Of a stretch of DNA of 64,000 nt, positions 37,301 to 51,000 are shown one piece after another. The stretch covers positions 143,158,001 to 143,222,000 of the forward strand of contig OZ024743.1 in the NCBI GenBank assembly GCA_964016885.1. Reading direction: 5' to 3'. The notes below the pieces were generated by a model that had not been told where the DNA came from, made no database searches, and was given only the letters and a program-made list of their open reading frames with translations. The translations under genes were made by a program, and so were the position numbers. Source of the DNA: Eledone cirrhosa. Taxonomy: Eukaryota. Numbering within the stretch: position 1 is the stretch's first letter; every line of letters begins with the position of its first letter.

Positions 37301-38100
37301 GTGTTTGGTGCTTGGTGCTTGGTGTTTGGTGCTTGGTGCTTGGTGCTTGGTGTTTTTACTTGGTGCTTGGTGCTTGGTGTTTGGTTCTTGGTGTTTGGTA
37401 CTTGGTGCTTGGTGCTTAGTGTTTGGTGTTTGGTGCTTGGTGTTTGGTGCTTGGTGCTTGGTGCTTGGTGCTTGGTGTTAGGTGTTTGGTGCTTGGTGCT
37501 TGGTGTTTGGTGCTTCGTTTTTGGAGCTTAGTTTCTGGTGCTTGGTGTTTGGTGCTTGGTGCTTGGTGTTTGGTGTTGGGTGCTTGGTGTTTGGTGCTTG
37601 GTGCTTGGTGTTAGGTGTTTGGTGCTTGGTGTTTGATCCTTGGTGCTTGGTGTTTGGTGTTTGGTGCTTGGTGCTTGGTGTTTGGTGTTTGATGCTTGCT
37701 GCTTGCTGCTTGGTGTTTGGTGTTTTGGTGTTTTGTGCTAGGTGCTTGGTGTTTGGTACTTGGTGATTGGTGCTTGGTGCTTCGTGTTTTGTGTTTGGTG
37801 TTTGGTCTTCGGTGCTTGGTGTTTGGTGCTTAGTGCTTGGTGTTTCGTGCTTGGTGTTTGGTGTTTGGTGCTTGGTGCTTGGTGTTTGGTGTTTGTTGTT
37901 TGGTGCTTGGTGTCTGGTGCTTGGTGTTTGGTGCTTGGAGTTTTGTGTTCGGTGTTTGGTGCTTTTTGCTTGGTGCTTGGTGCTTGGTGTTTGGTGCTTG
38001 GTGCTTGGTGTTTGGTGCTGGGTGCTTGGTGATTGGTGTTTGGTGTTATATGCTTGGTGTTTGATGCTTGGTGCTTGGTGCTTGGTGTTTGGTCTTTGGT
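34370..38100. repeat. More diverged single copy of the ~3.6 kb unit, related to ~13480-16600
   Basis: ORF pairs 14213/35113 and 14755/35655 are offset 20900. Private variants include GGTACATGG (~35218), TGCGTGTTGC (~35631) and TTTTTAC (~37353). Confidence 0.8.
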
Positions 38101-41100
38101 GTTTGATGCTTGGTGCTTGGTGCTTGGTGTTTGGTCCTTGGTGCTTGGTGTTTGTACTTGGTGCTTGGTGCTTGGTGTTTGGTGCTTGGTGCTTGGTGCT
38201 TGGTGCTTGGTGTTTGGTATTTGGTGCTTGGTGTTTGGTGTTTGGTGCTTGGTGTTTGGTGCTTGGTACTTGGTGCTTGGTGCTTGGTGTTAGGTGTTTG
38301 GTGCTTGGTGTTTGGTGCTTGGTGTTTGGTGCTTGGTGTTTGGTGCTTGGTGTTTGGTGCTTGGTGCTTGGTGCTTGGTGTTTGGTGCTTGGTGTTTGGT
38401 GCTTGGTGTTAGGTGTTTGGTGCTTAGTGCTTGGTGTTTGGTGTTTGGTGCTTGGTGTTTGGTGTTTGGTGCTTGGTGTTTGGTGCTTTTTGCTTGGTGC
38501 TTGGTGTTTGATGCTTGGTGCTTGGTGTTTGGTGCTGGGTGCTTGGTGCTTGGTGTTTGGTGCTTGGTGCTTGGTGTTTGGTGTTTGGTGTTATATGCTT
38601 GGTGTTTGATGCTTGGTGCTTGGTGCTTGTTGTTTGGTGTTTGGTGCTTGGTGTTTGATGCTTGGGTCTTGGTGCTTGGTGTTTGGTGCTTGGTGCTTGG
38701 TGTTTGGTGCTTGGTGTTTGGTGCTTGGTGCTTGGTGCTTGGTCCTTGGTGTTTGGTGGTTGGTGCTTGGTGTTTGGTGCTTGGTGCTTGGTGTTTGGTG
38801 TTTGGTGCTTGGTGTTTGGTGCTTGGTACTTGGTGCTTGGTGCTTGGTGTTAGGTGTTTGGTGCTTGGTGCTTGGTGTCTGGTTTTTGGTGCTTGTTGCT
38901 TGGTGTTTGGTGTTTGGTGCTTGCTGCTGTCTGCTTGGTGTTTGGTGCTTCGTGATTGGTGCTAGGTGTTTGGTGCTAGGTGCTTGGTGCTTGGTGCTTG
39001 GTGCTTGGTGTTTGTACTTGGTGCTTGGTGTTTGGTGCTTGGTGCTTGGTGTTTGGTGTTTGGTGCTTGGTGTTTGGTGCTTAGTGCTTGGTGCTTGGTG
39101 TTTGGTGCTTGGTGTTTGGTGCTTGGTGTTAGGTGTTTGGTGCTTGGTGCTTGGTGTTTGGTGTTTGGTGCTTGGTGTTTGGTGTTTGGTGTTATATGCT
39201 TGGTGTTTGATGCTTGGTGCTTGGTGCTTGGTGTTTGGTGCTTGGTGTTTGATGCTTGGTGCTTGGTGCTTGGTGTTTGGTCCTTGGTGCTTGGTGTTTG
39301 TACTTGGTGCTTGGTGCTTGGTTCTTGGTGTTTGGTGCTTGGTGCTTGGTGTTTGGTGCTTGGTGCTTGGTGTTTGGTGCTTGGTGTTTGGTGCTTGGTG
39401 TTTGGTGCTTGGTACTTGGTGCCTGGTGCTTGGTGTTTGGTGCTTGGTGTTTGGTGCTTGGTGTTAGGTGTTTGGTGCTTGGTGCTTGGTGTTTGGTGTT
39501 TGGTGCTTGGTGTTTGGTGCTTGGTGTTTGGTGTTAGGTGTTTGGTGCTTGGTGTTTGGTGTTTGGTGCTTGGTGTTTGGTGCTTGGTGCTTGGTGTTTG
39601 GTGCTTGGTGTTTGGTGCTTGGTACTTGGTGCTTGGTGTTAGGTGTTTGGTGCTTGGTGCTTGGTGTTTGGTTTTTGGTGCTTGGTGTTTGGTGTTTGGT
39701 GCTGGCTGCTTGGTGTTTGATGCTTGGTGATTGGTGCTTGGTGTTTGGTGCTTGGCGTTTGGTGTTTGGTGCTAGGTGCTTGGTGCTTGGTGTTTGGTGC
39801 TTGGTGCTTGGTGCTTGGTGTTTGGTGTTTGGTGCTTGGTGCTTGGTGTTTGGTGTTTGGTGCTTGGTGTTTGGTGCTTGGTACTTGGTGCTTGGTGCTT
39901 GGTGTTAGGTGTTTGGTGCTTTTTGCTTGGTGCTTGGTGCTTGGTGTTTGGTGCTTGGTGCTTGATGTTTGGTGCTGGGTGCTTGGTGCTTGGTGTTTGG
40001 TGTTTGGAGCTTGGTGCTTGGTGTTATATGCTTGGTGTTTGATGCTTGGTGCTTGGTGCTTGGTGTTTGGTGTTTGGTGCTTGGTGTTTGATCCTTGATG
40101 CTTGGTGTTTGGTGTTTGGTGCTTGGTGCTTGGTGTTTGGTGTTTGGTGCTTGCTGCTTGCTGCTTGGTGTTTGGTGTTTTGGTGTTTTGTGCTAGGTGC
40201 TTGGTGCTTGGTACTTGGTGATTGGTGCTTGGTGCTTCGTGTTTTGTGTTTGGTGTTATATGCTTGGTGTTTGATGCTTGGTGCTTGGTGCTTGGTGTTT
40301 GGTGCTTGGTGTTTGATGCTTGGTGCTTGGTGCTTGGTGTTTGGTGCTTGGTGCTTGGTGTTTGTACTTGGTGCTTGGTGCTTGGTTCTTGGTGTTTGGT
40401 GCTAGGTGCTTGGTGTTTGGTGCTTGGTGTTTGGTGCTTGGTGTTTGGTGCTTGGTGCTTAGTGCTTGGTGCTTGGTGTTTGGTGCTTGGTGTTTGGTGC
40501 TTGGTGTTAGGTGTTTGGTGCTTGGTGCTTGGTGTTTGGTGTTTGGTGCTTGGTGTTTGGTGCTTGGTGTTTGGTGTTAGGTGTTTGGTGCTTGGTGTTT
40601 GGTGTTTGGTGCTTGGTGTTTGGTGCTTGGTGCTTGGTGTTTGGTGCTTGGTGTTTGGTGCTTGGTACTTGGTGCTTGGTGCTTGGTGTTAGGTGTTTGG
40701 TGCTTGGTGTTTGGTTTTTGGTGCTTGGTGTTTGGTGTTTGGTGCTGGCTGCTTGGTGTTTGATGCTTGGTGATTGGTGCTTGGTGTTTGGTGCTTGGTG
40801 TTTGGTGTTTGGTGCTAGGTGCTTGGTGCTTGGTGTTTGGTGCTTGGTGCTTGGTGCTTGGTGTTTGGTGTTTGGTGCTTGGTGCTTGGTGTTTGGTGCT
40901 TGGTGCTTGGTGCTTGGTGTTTGGTGGTTGGTGGTTGGTGCTTGGTGTTAGGTGTTTGGTGTTTGGTGCTTGGTGTTTGGTGTTTGGTGCTTGGTGTTTG
41001 GTGCTTGGTACTTGGTGCTTGGTGCTTGGTGTTAGGTGTTTGGTGCTTGGTGCTTGGTGCTTGGTGTTTGGTGCTTGGTGTTTGGTTTCTTGGTGCTTGC

Positions 41101-44100
41101 TGCTTGGTGCTTGGTGCTTGGTGTTTGGTGGTTGGTGCTTGGTGCTTGGTGTTTGGTGTTTGGTGCTTGGTGTTTGTACTTGGTGCTTGGTGTTTGGTGC
41201 TTTTTGCTTGGTGCTTGGTGCTTGGTGTTTGGTGCTTGGTGCTTGATGTTTGGTGCTGGGTGCTTGGTGCTTGGTGTTTGGTGTTTGGTGCTTGGTGCTT
41301 GGTGTTATATGCTTGGTGTTTGATGCTTGGTGCTTGGTGCTTGGTGTTTGGTGTTTGGTGCTTGGTGTTTGATCCTTGGTGCTTGGTGTTTGGTGTTTGG
41401 TGCTTGGTGCTTGGTGTTTGGTGTTTGGTGCTTGCTGCTTGCTGCTTGGTGTTTGGTGTTTTGGTGTTTTGTGCTAGGTGCTTGGTGTTTGGTACTTGGT
41501 GATTGGTGCTTGGTGCTTCGTGTTTTGTGTTTGGTGTTTGGTCTTTGGTGCTTGGTGTTTGGTGCTTGGTGCTTGGTGCTTGGTGTTTGGTGCTTGGTGC
41601 TTGGTGTTTGGTGTTTGTTGTTTGGTGCTTGGTGTCTGGTGCTTGGTGTTTGGTGCTTGGTGTTTGGTGTTCGGTGTTTGGTGCTTTTTGCTTGGTGCTT
41701 GGTGCTTAGTGTTTGGTGCTTGGTGCTTGGTGTTTGGTGCTGGGTGCTTGGTGCTTGGTGTTTGGTGCTTGGTGCTTGGTGATTGGTGTTTGGTGTTATA
41801 TGCTTGGTGTTTGATGCTTGGTGCTTGGTGCTTGGTGTTTGGTCTTTGGTGTTTGATGCTTGGTGCTTGGTGCTTGGTGTTTGGTGCTTGGTGCTTGGTG
41901 TTTGTACTTGGTGCTTGGTGCTTGGTGCTTGTACTTGATGCTTGGTGCTTGGTGCTTGGTGTTTGGAGCTTGGTGTTTGGTGCTTGGTGCTTGGTGCTTG
42001 GTGTTTGGTGCTTGGTGTTTGGTGCTTGGTGTTTGGTGCTTGGTGCTTGGTGCTTGGTGCTTGGTGTTTGGTGCTTGGTGCTTGGTGCTTGGTGTTTGGT
42101 ATTTGGTGCTTGGTGTTTGGTGTTTGGTGCTTGGTGTTTGGTGCTTGGTACTTGGTGCTTGGTGCTTGGTGTTAGGTGTTTGGTGCTTGGTGTTTGGTGC
42201 TTGGTGTTTGGTGCTTGGTGTTTGGTGCTTGGTGTTTGGTGCTTGGTGCTTGGTGCTTGGTGCTTGGTGTTTGGTGCTTGGTGTTTGGTGCTTGGTGTTA
42301 GGTGTTTGGTGCTTGGTGCTTGGTGTTTGGTGTTTGGTGCTTGGTGTTTGGTGTTTGGTGCTTGGTGTTTGGTGCTTTTTGCTTGGTGCTTGGTGTTTGA
42401 TGCTTGGTGCTTGGTGTTTGGTGCTGGGTGCTTGGTGCTTGGTGTTTGGTGCTTGGTGCTTGGTGTTTGGTGTTTGGTGTTATATGCTTGGTGTTTGATG
42501 CTTGGTGCTTGGTGCTTGTTGTTTGGTGTTTGGTGCTTGGTGTTTGATGTTTGGTGCTTGGTGCTTGGTGTTTGGTGCTTGGTGCTTGGTGTTTGGTGCT
42601 TGGTATTTGGTGCTTGGTGCTTGGTGCTTGGTGCTTGGTGTTTGGTGGTTGGTGCTTGGTGTTTGGTGCTTGGTGCTTGGTGTTTGGTGTTTGATGCTTG
42701 GTGTTTGGTGCTTGGTACTTGGTGCTTGGTGCTTGGTGTTAGGTGTTTGGTGCTTGGTGCTTGGTGTCTGGTTTTTGGTGCTTGGTGCTTGGTGTTTGGT
42801 GTTTGGTGCTTGCTGCTGGCTGCTTGGTGTTTGGTGCTTGGTGATTGGTGCTAGGTGTTTGGTGCTAGGTGCTTGGTGCTTGGTGCTTGGTGTTTGTACT
42901 TGGTGCTTGGTGTTTGGTGCTTGGTGCTTGGTGTTTGGTGTTTGGTGCTTGGTGTTTGGTGCTTAGTGCTTGGTGCTTGGTGTTTGGTGCTTGGTGTTTG
43001 GTGCTTGGTGTTAGGTGTTTGGTGCTTGGTGCTTGGTGTTTGGTGTTTGGTGCTTGGTGTTTGGTGTTTGGTGTTATATGCTTGGTGTTTGATGCTTGGT
43101 GCTTGGTGCTTGGTGTTTGGTGCTTGGTGTTTGATGCTTGGTGCTTGGTGCTTGGTGTTTGGTGCTTGGTGCTTGGTGTTTGTACTTGGTGCTTGGTGCT
43201 TGCTTCTTGGTGTTTGGTGCTTGGTGCTTGGTGTTTGGTGCTTGGTGCTTGGTGTTTGGTGCTTGGTGTTTGGTGCTTGGTGTTTGGTGCTTGGTACTTG
43301 GTGCTTGGTGCTTGGTGTTTGGTGCTTGGTGTTTGGTGCTTGGTGTTAGGTGTTTGGTGCTTGGTGCTTGGTGTTTGGTGTTTGGTGTTTGGTGCTTGGT
43401 GTTTGGTGCTTGGTGTTTGGTGTTAGGTGTTTGGTGCTTGGTGTTTGGTGTTTGGTGCTTGGTGTTTGGTGCTTGGTGCTTGGTGTTTGGTGCTTGGTGT
43501 TTGGTGCTTGGTACTTGGTGCTTGGTGTTAGGTGTTTGGTGCTTGGTGCTTGGTGTTTCGTTTTTGGTGCTTGGTGTTTGGTGTTTGATGCTGGCTGCTT
43601 GGTGTTTGATGCTTGGTGATGGGTGCTTGGTGTTTGGTGCTTGGTGTTTGGTGTTTGGTGCTAGGTGCTTGGTGCTTGGTGTTTGGTGCTTGGTGCTTGG
43701 TGCTTGGTGTTTGGTGTTTGGTGCTTGGTGCTTGGTGTTTGGTGCTTGGTGCTTGGTGCTTGGTGTTTGGTGGTTGGTGTTTGGTGCTTCGTGTTAGGTG
43801 TTTGGTGCTTGGTGCTTGGTGTTTGGTGTTTGGTGCTTGGTGTTTGGTGTTTGGTGCTTGGTGTTTGGTGCTTGGTACTTGGTGCTTGGTGCTTGGTGTT
43901 AGGCGTTTGGTGCTTTTTGCTTGGTGCTTGGTGCTTGGTGTTTGGTGCTTGGTGCTTGATGTTTGGTGCTGGGTGCTTGGTGCTTGGTGTTTGGTGTTTG
44001 GTGCTTGGTGCTTGGTGTTATATGCTTGGTGTTTGATGCTTGGTGCTTGGTGCTTGGTGTTTGGTGTTTGGTGCTTGGTGTTTGATCCTTGGTGCTTGGT

Positions 44101-46000
44101 GTTTGGTGTTTGGTGCTTGGTGCTTGGTGTTTGGTGTTTGGTGCTTGCTGCTTGCTGCTTGGTGTTTGGTGTTTTGGTGTTTTGTGCTAGGTGCTTGGTG
44201 CTTGGTACTTGGTGATTGGTGCTTGGTGCTTCGTGTTTTGTGTTTGGTGTTATATGCTTGGTGTTTGATGCTTGGTGCTTGGTGCTTGGTGTTTGGTGCT
44301 TGGTGTTTCATGCGTGGTGCTTGGTGCTTGGTGTTTGGTGCTTGGTGCTTGGTGTTTGTACTTGGTGCTTGGTGCTTGGTTCTTGGTGTTTGGTGCTTGG
44401 TGCTTGGTGTTTGGTGCTTGGTGTTTGGTGCTTGGTGTTTGGTGCTTGGTGCTTGGTGCTTGGTGCTTGGTGTTTGGTGCTTGGTGTTTGGTGCTTGGTG
44501 TTAGGTGTTTGGTGCTTGGTGCTTGGTGTTTGGTGTTTGGTGCTTGGTGTTTGGTGCTTGGTGTTTGGTGTTAGGTGTTTGGTGCTTGGTGTTTGGTGTT
44601 TGGTGCTTGGTGTTTGGTGCTTGGTGCTTGGTGTTTGGTGCTTGGTGTTTGGTGCCTGGTACTTGGTGCTTGGTGCTTGGTGTTAGGTGTTTGGTGCTTG
44701 GTGTTTGGTTTTTGGTGCTTGGTGTTTGGTGTTTGGTGCTGGCTGCTTGGTGTTTGATGCTTGGTGATTGGTGCTTGGTGTTTGGTGCTTGGTGTTTGGT
44801 GTTTGGTGCTAGGTGCTTGGTGCTTGGTGTTTGGTGCTTGGTGCTTGGTGCTTGGTGTTTGGTGTTTGGTGCTTGGTGCTTGGTGTTTGGTGCTTGGTGC
44901 TTGGTGCTTGGTGTTTGGTGGTTGGTGGTTGGTGCTTGGTGTTAGGTGTTTGGTGCTTGGTGCTTGGTGTTTGGTGCTTGGTGTTTGGTTTCTTGGTGCT
45001 TGCTGCTTGGTGCTTGGTGCTTGGTGTTTGGTGGTTGGTGCTTGGTGCTTGGTGTTAGGTGTTTGGTGCTTGGTGCTTGGTGTTTGGTGTTTGGTGCTTG
45101 GTGTTTGTACTTGGTGCTTGGTGTTTGGTGCTTTTTGCTTGGTGCTTGGTGCTTGGTGTTTGGTGCTTGGTGCTTGATGTTTGGTGCTGGGTGCTTGGTG
45201 CTTGGTGTTTGGTGTTTGGTGCTTGGTGCTTGGTGTTATATGCTTGGTGTTTGATGCTTGGTGCTTGGTGCTTGGTGTTTGGTGTTTGGTGCTTGGTGTT
45301 TGATCCTTGGTGCTTGGTGTTTGGTGTTTGGTGCTTGCTGTTTGGTGTTTGGTGCTTGCTGCTTGCTGCTTGGTGTTTGGTGTTTTGGTGTTTTGTGCTA
45401 GGTGCTTGGTGTTTGGTACTTGGTGATTGGTGCTTGGTGCTTCGTGTTTTGTGTTTGGTGTTTGGTCTTTGGTGCTTGGTGTTTGGTGCTTGGTGCTTGG
45501 TGCTTGGTGTTTGGTGCTTGGTGCTTGGTGTTTGGTGCTTGTTGTTTGGTGCTTGGTGTCTGGTGCTTGGTGTTTGGTGCTTGGTGTTTGGTGTTCGGTG
45601 TTTGGTGCTTTTTGCTTGGTGCTTGGTGCTTAGTGTTTGGTGCTTGGTGCTTGGTGTTTGGTGCTGGGTGCTTGGTGCTTGGTGTTTGGTGCTTGGTGCT
45701 TGGTGATTGGTGTTTGGTGTTATATGCTTGGTGTTTGATGCTTGGTGCTTGGTGCTTGGTGTTTGGTCTTTGGTGTTTGATGCTTGGTGCTTGGTGCTTG
45801 GTGTTTGGTGCTTGGTGCTTGGTGTTTGTACTTGGTGCTTGGTGCTTGGTGCTTGTACTTGATGCTTGGTGCTTGGTGCTTGGTGTTTGGAGCTTGGTGT
45901 TTGGTGCTTGGTGCTTGGTGCTTGGTGTTTGGTGCTTGGTGTTTGGTGCTTGGTGTTTGGTGCTTGGTGCTTGGTGCTTGGTGCTTGGTGCTTGGTGTTT
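37700..46000. repeat. Higher-order tandem repeat, ~2 copies, period ~3.88-3.99 kb, with an internal 1043-bp repeat
   Basis: ORF pairs 38613/42502 and 38966/42855 (3889), 40511/44505 (3994), 41478/45402 (3924). Shared 8-mer TTGGTTTC (~41082/44985) and CTTGTACTTGATG (~41928/45852). Internal offsets 39468/40511 and 39724/40767 are both 1043. Confidence 0.85.
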
Positions 46001-48049
46001 GGTGGTTGGTGCTTGGTGCTTTGTGTTAGGTGTCTGGTGCTTGGTTGTTTGGTGCTTGGTGCTTGGTGCTTGGTGTTAGGTGTCTGGTGCTTGGTGTTTG
46101 GTGCTTGGTGTTTGGTGTTCGGTGTTTGGTGCTTTTTGCTTGGTGCTTGGTGCTTGGTGTTTGGTGCTGGGTGCTTGGTGATTGGTGTTTAGTGTTATAT
46201 GCTTGGTGTTTGATGCTTGGTGCTTGGTGCTTGGTGTTTGGTCTTTGGTGTTTGATGCTTGGTGCCTGGTCCTTGGTGTTTGGTGCTTGGTGCTTGGTGT
46301 TTGTACTTGGTGCTTGGTGCTTGGTGCTTGGTGTTTGGTGCTTGGTGCTTGGTGCTTGGTGTTTGGTGCTTGGTGTTTGGTGCTTGGTGTTTGGTGCTTG
46401 GTACTTGGTGCTTGGTGCTTGGTGTTAGGTGTTTGGTGCTTGGTGCTTGGTGCTTGGTGTTTGGTGCTTGGTGTTTGGTGCTTGGTGTTTGGTGCTTGGT
46501 GCTTGGTGCTTGGTGCTTGGTGTTTGGTGGTTGGTGTTTGGTGCTTGGTGTTAGGTGTTTGGTGCTTGGTGCTTGGTCTTTGGTGTTTGGTGCTTGGTGT
46601 TTGGTGTTTGGTGCTTGGTGTTTGGTGCTTTTTGCTTGGTGCTTGGTGTTTGATGCTTGGTGCTTGGTGTTTGGTGCTGGGTGCTTGGTGCTTGGTGTTT
46701 GGTGTTTGGTGCTTGGTGCTTGGTGTTTGGTGTTATATGCTTGGTGTTTGATGCTTGGTGCTTGTTGTTTGGTGTTTGGTGCTTGGTGTTTGATGCTTGG
46801 TGCTTGGTGCTTGGTGTTTGGTGCTTGGTGCTTGGTTTTTGGTGTTATATGCTTGGTGCTTGGTGTTTGGTGCTTGGTGTTTGGTGCTTGGTGCTTGGTG
46901 CTTGGTGTTAGCTGTTTGGTGCTTGGTGCTTGGTGTTTGGTGTTTGGTGCTTGGTGTTTGGTGCTTGGTACTTGGTGCTTGTTGCTTGGTGTTAGGTGTT
47001 TGGTGCTTGGTGCTTGGTGTCTGGTTTTTGGTGCTTGGTGCTTGGTGTTTGGTGTTTGGTGCTTGCTGCTGACTGCTTGGTGTTTGGTGCTTGGTGATTG
47101 GTGCTAGGTGTTTGGTGCTAGGTGCTTGGTGTTTGGTGCTTGGTGCTTGGTGTTTGTACTTGGTGCTTGGTGTTTGGTGCTTGGTGCTTGGTGTTTGGTG
47201 TTTGGTGCTTGGTGTTTGGTGTTTGGTGCTTGGTGTTTGGTGTTTGGTGTTTGGTGCTTGGTGTTTGGTGTTTGGTGTTATATGCTTGGTGTTTGATGCT
47301 TGGTGCTTGGTGCTTGGTGTTTGGTGCTTGGTGCTTGGTGTTTGGTGCTTGGTGCTTGGTGCTTGGTGTTTGGTGCTTGGTGTTTGGTGCTTGGTGTTAG
47401 GTGTTTGGTGCTTGGTGCTTGGTGTTTGGTGTTTGGTGCTTGGTGTTTGGTGTTTGGTGTTATATGCTTGGTGTTTGATGCTTGGTGCTTGGTGCTTGGT
47501 GTTTGGTGCTTGGTGTTTGATGCTTGGTGCTTGGTGCTTGGTGTTTGGTGCTTGGTGTTTGTACTTGGTGCTTGGTGCTTGGTTCTTGGTGTTTGGTGCT
47601 TGGTGCTTGGTGTTTGGTGCTTGGTGCTTGGTGTTTGGTGCTTGGTGTTTGGTGCTTGGTGTTTGGTGCTTGGTGCTTGGTGCTTGGTGTTTGGTGCTTG
47701 GTGTTTGGTGCTTGGTGTTTGGTGTTTGGTGCTTGGTGTTTGGTGTTTGGTGTTAGGTGTTTGGTGCTTGGTGTTTGGTGTTTGGTGCTTGGTGTTTGGT
47801 GCTTGGTGCTTGGTGTTTGGTGCTTGGTGTTTGGTGCTTGGTACTTGGTGCTTGGTGCTTGGTGTTAGGTGTTTGGTGCTTGGTGTTTGGTTTTTGGTGC
47901 TTGGTGTTTGGTGTTTGGTGCTGGCTGCTTTGTGTTTGAAGCTTGGTGATTGGTGTTTGGTGCTAGGTGCTTGGTGCTTGGTGTTTGGTGCTTGGTGCTT
48001 GGTGCTTGGTGTTTGGTGTTTGGTATTGGTGCTTGGTGTTTGGTGCTTG

Positions 48050-51000
48050 GTGCTTGGTGCTTGGTGTTTGGTCGTTGGTGTTTGGTGCTTGGTGTTAGGT
48101 GTTTGGTGCTTGGTGCTTGGTGTTTGGTGTTTGGTGCTTGGTGTTTGCTGTTTGGTGCTTGGTGTTTGGTGCTTGGTACTTGGTGCTTGGTGCTTGGTGT
48201 TAGGTGTTTGGTGCTTGGTGCTTGGTGCTTGGTGTTTGGTGCTTGGTGTTTGGTGCTTGGTGCCTGCTGCTTGGTGCTTGGTGCTTGGTGTTTGGTGGTT
48301 GGTGTTTGGTGCTTGGTGTTAGGTGTTTTGTGCTTGGTGCTTGGTGTTTGGTGTTTGGTGTTTGGTGTTTGGTGCTTGGTGTTTGATCCTTGGTGCTTGG
48401 TGTTTGGTGTTTGGTGCTTGGTGCTTGGTGTTTGGTGTTTGGTGCTTGCTGCTTGCTGCTTGGTGTTTGGTGTTTTGGTGTTTTGTGCTAGGTGCTTGGT
48501 GTTTGGTACTTGGTGATTGGTGTTTGGTGTTTGGTGCTTGCTGCTTGGTGTTTGGTGTTTGTTGTTTGGTGCTTGGTGTCTGGTGCTTGGTGTTTGGTGC
48601 TTGGTGTTTGGTGTTCGGTGTTTGGTGCTTTTTGCTTGGTGCTTGGTGCTTGGTGTTTGGTGCTTGGTGCTTGGTGCTGGGTGCTTGGTGCTTGGTGTTT
48701 GGTGTTTGGTGCTTGGTGCTTGGTGATTGGTGTTTGGTGTTATACGCTTGGTGTTTGATGCTTGGTGCTTGGTGTTTGGTCTTTAGTGTTTGATGCTTGG
48801 TGCTTGGTGCTTGGTGTTTGGTGCTTGGTGCTTGGTGTTTGTACTTGGTGCTTGGTGCTTGGTGCTTGGTGTTTGGTGCTTGGTGTTTGGTGCTTGGTTC
48901 TTGGTGCTTGGTGTTTGGTGCTCTGTGTTTGGTGCTTGGTGTTTGGTGCTTGGTGCTTGGTGCTTGGTGCTTGGTGTTTGGTGGTTGGTGGTTGGTGCTT
49001 GGTGTTAGGTGTTTGGTGCTTGGTGCTTGGTGTTTGGTGTTTGGTGCTTGGTGTTTGGTGTTTGGTGCTTGGTGTTTGGTGCTTGGTGCTTGGTGCTTGG
49101 TGTTAGGTGTTTGGTGCTTGGTGCTTGGTGTCTGGTTTTTGGTGCTTGGTGCTTGGTGTTTGGTGTTTGGTGCTTGCTGCTGGCTGCTTGGTGTTTGGTG
49201 CTTGGTGATTGGTGCTTGGTGTTTGGTGTTTGGTGTTTGGTGCTAGGTGCTTGGTGTTTGGTGCTTGGTGCTTGGTGTTTGTACTTGGTGCTTGGTGCTT
49301 GGTTCTTGGTGTTTGGTGCTTGGTACTTGGTGTTTGGTGCTTGGTGCTTGGTGTTTGGTGCTTGGTGTTTGGTGCTTGGTGTTTGGTGCTTGGTGCTTGG
49401 GGCTTGGTGTTTGGTGCTTGGTGTTTGGTGCTTGGTGTTAGGTGTTTGGTGCTTGGTGCTTGGTGTTTGGTGTTTGGTGCTTGGTGTTTGGTGTTTGGTG
49501 TTATATGCTTGGTGTTTGATGCTTGGTGCTTGGTGCTTGGTGTTTGGTGCTTGGTGTTTGATGCTTGGTGCTTGGTGCTTGGTGTTTGGTGCTTGGTGCT
49601 TGGTGTTTGTACTTGGTGCTTGGTGCTTGGTTCTTGGTGTTTGGTGCTTGGTGCTTGGTGTTTGGTGCTTGGTGCTTGGTGTTTGGTGCTTGGTGTTTGG
49701 TGCTTGGTGTTTGGTGCTTGGTGCTTGGTGTTTGGTGCTTGGTGTTTGGTGCTTGGTGTTTGGTGCTTGGTGTTAGGTGTTTGGTGCTTGGTGCTTGGTG
49801 TTTGGTGTTTGATGCTTGGTGTTTGGTGCTTGGTGTTTGTTGTTAGGTGTTTGGTGCTTGGTGTTTGGTGTTTGGTGCTTGGTGTTTGGTGCTTGGTGCT
49901 TGGTGTTTGGTGTTTGGTGCTTGGAGTTTGGTGCTTGGTACTTGGTGCTTGGTGTTAGGTGTTTGGTGCTTGGTGCTTGGTGTTTGGTTTTTGGTGCTTG
50001 GTGCTTGGTGTTTGGTGTTTGGTGCTTGCTGCTGGCTGCTTGGTGTTTGATGCTTGGTGATTGGTGCTTGGTGTTTGGTGCTTGGTGCTTGGTGTTTGGT
50101 GCTAGGTGCTTGGTGTTTGGTGCTTGGTGCTTGGTGCTTGGTGTTTGGTGTTTGGTGCTTGGTGCTTGGTGTTTGGTGCTTGGTGCTGGGTGGTTGGTGT
50201 TTAGTGCTTGGTGTTTGGTGCTGGGTGCTTGGTGTTTGGTGCTTGGTGCTTGGTCTTTGGTGCTTGGTCTTTGGTGTTTGGTGCTTGGTGCTTGGTGCTT
50301 GGTGTTTGATGCTTGGTGCTTGGTGCTTGGTGTTTGGTGCTTGGTGCTTAGTGTTTGGTGCTAGGTGCTTGGTCTTTGGTGCTTGGTGCTTGGTGTTTGG
50401 TGCCTGGTGCTTGGTGTTTGGTGTTTGGTGTTTGGTGCTTGGTGCTTGGTGTTTGGTGTTTGCTGTTTGGTGTTTGTTGTTTGGTGTTTGTTGTTTGGTG
50501 TTTGCTGTTTGGTGTTTGGTGTTTGCTTTTTGGTGTTTGGTGTTTGCTGTATGTTGTTTGCTGTTTGGTGTTTGGTGTTTGGTGTTTGGTGCTTGGTGCT
50601 TGGTGTTTGGTGCTTGGTGCTTGGTGTTTGGTGACTGGTGCTTGGTGCTTGGTGCTTGGTGTTTGGTGTTTGGTGCTTGGTGCTTGGTGCTTGGTGTTTG
50701 GTGTTTGGTGCTTGGTGCTTGGTGTTTTGTGTTTCGTGTTTGGTTTTTGGTGCTTGGTGCTTGGTGCTTGGTCCTTGGTGTTTGATGCTGGGTGCTTTGT
50801 GTTTGGTGCTTGGTGCTTGGTGCTTGGTGTTTGGTGTTTGCTGCTTGGTGTTTGATGCTTGGTGCTTGGTGCTTGGTGTTTTGTGTTTGGTGCTTGGTGC
50901 TTGGTGTTTGGTGATTGGTGCTTGGTGCTTGGTGTTTGTACTTGGTGCTTGGTGCTTGGTGTTTGGTTCTTGGTTCTTGGTGTTTGGTGTTTGGCGTTTG